NCBI RefSeq assembly: GCF_051201565.1
Contig: NZ_CP179200.1
Span: forward strand, 1,050,001-1,082,000
Length of the DNA: 32,000 bases
Reading direction: 5' to 3'
DNA from: Pseudothioglobus sp. nBUS_23
GTDB lineage: Bacteria; Pseudomonadota; Gammaproteobacteria; PS1; Pseudothioglobaceae
Shown here: piece by piece, positions 29,630 through 32,000 of the stretch
Position numbering within the stretch: position 1 is the first letter of the stretch
Layout of the letters: every line of letters starts with the position of its first letter
Notes under the pieces: generated by a model
What the model was told of the DNA's origin: nothing
Seen by the model: the letters and a program-made list of their open reading frames with translations, nothing else
Databases searched by the model: none
Translations under genes and position numbers: made by a program

Positions 29630-30892
29630 TTACTTTTTTTGTTTCATGGAGTCAAAAAACTCATCATTAGTCTTAGTAAACCTTAGTCTTTCAATTAAAA
29701 ATTCTGCAGCCTCTACAGTGTCCATTGGATGAAGAATTTTTCTTAAAATCCACATTTTTTGAAGTTCTTGCTCATCCGTTATTAATTCCTCACGCCTTGT
29801 TCCAGAAGCATTAATGTTAATGGCTGGGAATATGCGTTTTTCTGAAAGCCTTCTTTCAAGGTGAAGTTCCATATTACCAGTACCCTTGAATTCTTGGTAG
29901 ATGACCTCGTCCATCTTAGAGCCGGTTTCAATTAGAGCTGTAGCAATAATTGTGATGCTTCCTCCATTCTCTATGTTGCGCGCTGCACCAAAAAATCGTT
30001 TTGGTCTTTGAAGGGCATTGGCATCTACACCACCAGTTAATACCTTTCCTGAGGACGGGGCAACTGTATTGTAAGCTCTTGCTAAACGCGTAATTGAGTC
30101 TAGCAAAATAATAACATCTTTGCCTTGTTCGGCTCTTCTTTTGGCCTTTTGAATAACGATTTCAGCTACTTGAACATGTCTCTTTGCTGGCTCATCAAAG
30201 GTTGAAGAAATCACCTCACCGCGGACAGTTCTCTCCATTTCAGTAACCTCTTCGGGTCTTTCGTCAATCAAAAGAACAATGAGTTCACATTCAGGATGAT
30301 TCACTGCAATTGATGATGCAATATTTTGCATGATCATCGTTTTTCCAGCTTTTGGAGGCGCAACAAGCAGCCCCCTTTGACCCTTGCCAAAAGGAGCAAC
30401 TAAATCAATCACTCTGGCTGTAATATCCTCAGTACCTCCGTTTCCAAGCTCAAGACCTAGTCTTTGGTTTGGGTGCAGGGGTGTTAATGATGAAAAAGGT
30501 ATGCGATTTCTTATATTTTCTGGTGAATCACCATTAACCTCAGAAACCTTTATCAGTGCAAAGTACTTTTCACCTTTTTTGGGTGCCCTAATTTTTCCAG
30601 TTACCACGTCTCCAGTAGATAAATTAAAGCGCCTAATTTGATTTGGTGAAACATAAATATCATCTGGACCAGAAACATAAGAATCGTTTGAAGATCTCAA
30701 AAAACCATACCCTTCTTGCAAAATATCTAAAACGCCATCACCAAGAACCTCCTCCTCATTGTCTGCTTTGTTTTTAAGGATTGCAAATATGAGCGTTTGT
30801 TTTTTGGCTCTCGATATATTTTCAATACCAAGAGATTGTGCAAGATCAAGAAGCTCTGCTGGAGTTTTAACTTTTAATTCTGATAATTTCAT
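29630..30892 (-). CDS. rho: Transcription termination factor Rho
   Basis: 420 aa with an N-terminal RNA-binding domain ([17 protein letters not shown]) and Walker [15 protein letters not shown]. It is collinear with E. coli Rho and lies downstream of trxA as in enterics. Confidence 0.98.
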   Translation of the reverse strand: MKLSELKVKTPAELLDLAQSLGIENISRAKKQTLIFAILKNKADNEEEVLGDGVLDILQEGYGFLRSSNDSYVSGPDDIYVSPNQIRRFNLSTGDVVTGKIRAPKKGEKYFALIKVSEVNGDSPENIRNRIPFSSLTPLHPNQRLGLELGNGGTEDITARVIDLVAPFGKGQRGLLVAPPKAGKTMIMQNIASSIAVNHPECELIVLLIDERPEEVTEMERTVRGEVISSTFDEPAKRHVQVAEIVIQKAKRRAEQGKDVIILLDSITRLARAYNTVAPSSGKVLTGGVDANALQRPKRFFGAARNIENGGSITIIATALIETGSKMDEVIYQEFKGTGNMELHLERRLSEKRIFPAININASGTRREELITDEQELQKMWILRKILHPMDTVEAAEFLIERLRFTKTNDEFFDSMKQKK

Positions 30893-31013
30893 AGGGGTTT
30901 GTTTGAGTTTTAGAAGATTTGGCTAAAAGCCTTATAATGGAACATACAATTGATATATATGTTTGTTTTGAGGAAAGTTTTTTTAAGTTATTGTTTTTTG
31001 GTAATTTTTTTTG
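30893..31013 (-). promoter_or_regulatory. rho leader / trxA-rho intergenic region, C-rich and G-poor on the transcribed strand (candidate rut / autoregulatory attenuator)
   Basis: My hand count on the mRNA-sense (minus) strand gives 26 C and 5 G in 121 nt, with no stable hairpin. The neighbouring trxA leader (31341-31456) is balanced at about 11 C versus 10 G in the same sense. Confidence 0.4.
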
Positions 31014-31340
31014 TTAAATATTGGAATCTAAAAAAGCATTTAAGTTGGCTTTTGATAGAGCACCAACCTTAGTTGCTTGAACTGCACCATCTTTGAATAA
31101 AAGCATAGTTGGAATTCCTCTAATGCCATATTTTGGTGGTAGTTGAACATTTTCATCAACATTGACTTTAGCGATAGTAATCTTACCATCATACTCATCA
31201 GCAATCTCGTCGAGAATAGGAGCAAGAGCCTTGCATGGACCACACCATTCAGCCCAAAAATCAACTAATACCGGTTGAGAGGAATTTACAACATCAGCCT
31301 CAAAAGAGGCGTCACTGACTACTTTAATTTTGTCGTTCAT
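31014..31340 (-). CDS. trxA: Thioredoxin 1
   Basis: 108 aa with the WAEWCGPCK active site and a canonical TrxA length. Confidence 0.97.
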   Translation of the reverse strand: MNDKIKVVSDASFEADVVNSSQPVLVDFWAEWCGPCKALAPILDEIADEYDGKITIAKVNVDENVQLPPKYGIRGIPTMLLFKDGAVQATKVGALSKANLNAFLDSNI

Positions 31341-31387
31341 GTGTTTAAAATGGAATTTTAATTAGAGTTGAAATAACTCGCGGCTTA

Positions 31388-31396
31388 ATTATAACA
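31388..31396 (-). promoter_or_regulatory. Candidate extended -10 promoter for trxA(-rho)
   Basis: The minus strand reads TGTTATAAT (TGnTATAAT), about 48 nt upstream of the trxA ATG. Upstream of it lies an A/T-rich tract with three TAAATAT copies (31424-31450) in the UP-element position. Confidence 0.4.
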
Positions 31397-31456
31397 CTTC
31401 TTTTTATCTTTTCTTATATTTTATAAATATTTATTAAATATATTAAATATTTGCAT

Positions 31457-32000
31457 TTAAGCAATAAAGGCAAGTAATAAAGGAATAGTAATGAATGATA
31501 GCGCTACTTGGGTGGTCAGGATAGCCCTCATGAGTTGATGATCTGCTCTAAACTGTTGAGCTAATGAATATGACATGGCTGCAGTTGGAACCGATGCAAA
31601 AATTACCGCAACAACTATTTCAGTTTGACTCAAATCATAGTAACTTGCTAAGAAATAGACAACAACTGGAAGAATAATTAATTTAAGAGAATTTGAAATT
31701 ACTATGGGCACTACTTTTAATGTTAAGTCTCGCACTTTGATCTTTGCGCCAATAGTTAATAGCATTATTGGGAGTGCAGCTGAACCCAGAAGCTCGGTTG
31801 TATCAATAAGAACGCTCATTTTTTCTATGGGAAAAAGTGAAACCAATAATCCGGCAATCATTGCCAAAATGAATGGATTTTTAGCAATTTCTAAAAATAC
31901 GTTCGATATAGCTTTCTTCGTGTCTTTTTCTTCAGTCTTGTTAAGAGCCAAGACCATTGTAGTTATGATGATTATGTTAATAGTAGGCACATAAATAAAC
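31457..32000 (-). CDS. AEC (auxin efflux carrier) family membrane transporter, C-terminal half (5' end beyond the window)
   Basis: It is hydrophobic with multiple TM segments and ends like AEC/PF03547 proteins (SVPTAAMSYSLAQQF...LTTQVALSFITIPLLLAFI). The track start (31990) is a GTG and the frame stays open to the window edge. At 177 aa it is only about half a typical AEC protein. Confidence 0.6.
   Translation of the reverse strand, partial: FIYVPTINIIIITTMVLALNKTEEKDTKKAISNVFLEIAKNPFILAMIAGLLVSLFPIEKMSVLIDTTELLGSAALPIMLLTIGAKIKVRDLTLKVVPIVISNSLKLIILPVVVYFLASYYDLSQTEIVVAVIFASVPTAAMSYSLAQQFRADHQLMRAILTTQVALSFITIPLLLAFIA

Noticed and set aside
30910-30945. 11-codon minus-strand uORF ([11 protein letters not shown]) in the rho leader, as a possible rhoL analogue.
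   Set aside because: It has no Shine-Dalgarno and is very short. Conservation cannot be assessed, and such ORFs are expected by chance.

Overview
This window is a densely packed, low-GC (mid-30s % by eye) core-chromosome segment of a streamlined Gram-negative proteobacterium. By my coordinates it holds 35 CDS, two of them cut by the window edges, and is about 96-97% coding with roughly 1.07 kb non-coding in total. The synteny blocks are of gamma/beta-proteobacterial type: hflK-hflC-hisZ-purA-rnr, lptD-surA, yceD-rpmF-plsX-fabH, trxA-rho, divergent trmJ/suhB, xseB-ispA and tsaC-hemF. Almost every gene is a recognisable housekeeping function: RNA modification and turnover, envelope biogenesis, lipid and isoprenoid synthesis, chaperones, purine/His/Ile-Val biosynthesis. 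I saw no rRNA, tRNA, CRISPR array, IS or transposase, prophage module, toxin-antitoxin pair or defence-island signature. I do not find convincing evidence for a novel multi-gene system here. The least explained items are one orphan 167-aa ORF (8205-8708), a minimal ArgA-like GNAT, and an atypical translationally coupled queF-pcnB-SDR string. Several genome-compaction oddities also stand out: trmJ and suhB start codons only 5 bp apart, four convergent junctions with no spacer (two sharing a TTAA double stop), and a strongly G-depleted rho leader. Several ORF-track starts are GTG/TTG-extended and were corrected (suhB, hflK, the SDR at 26090). One partial gene (hemF, 1-457) is missing from the track.
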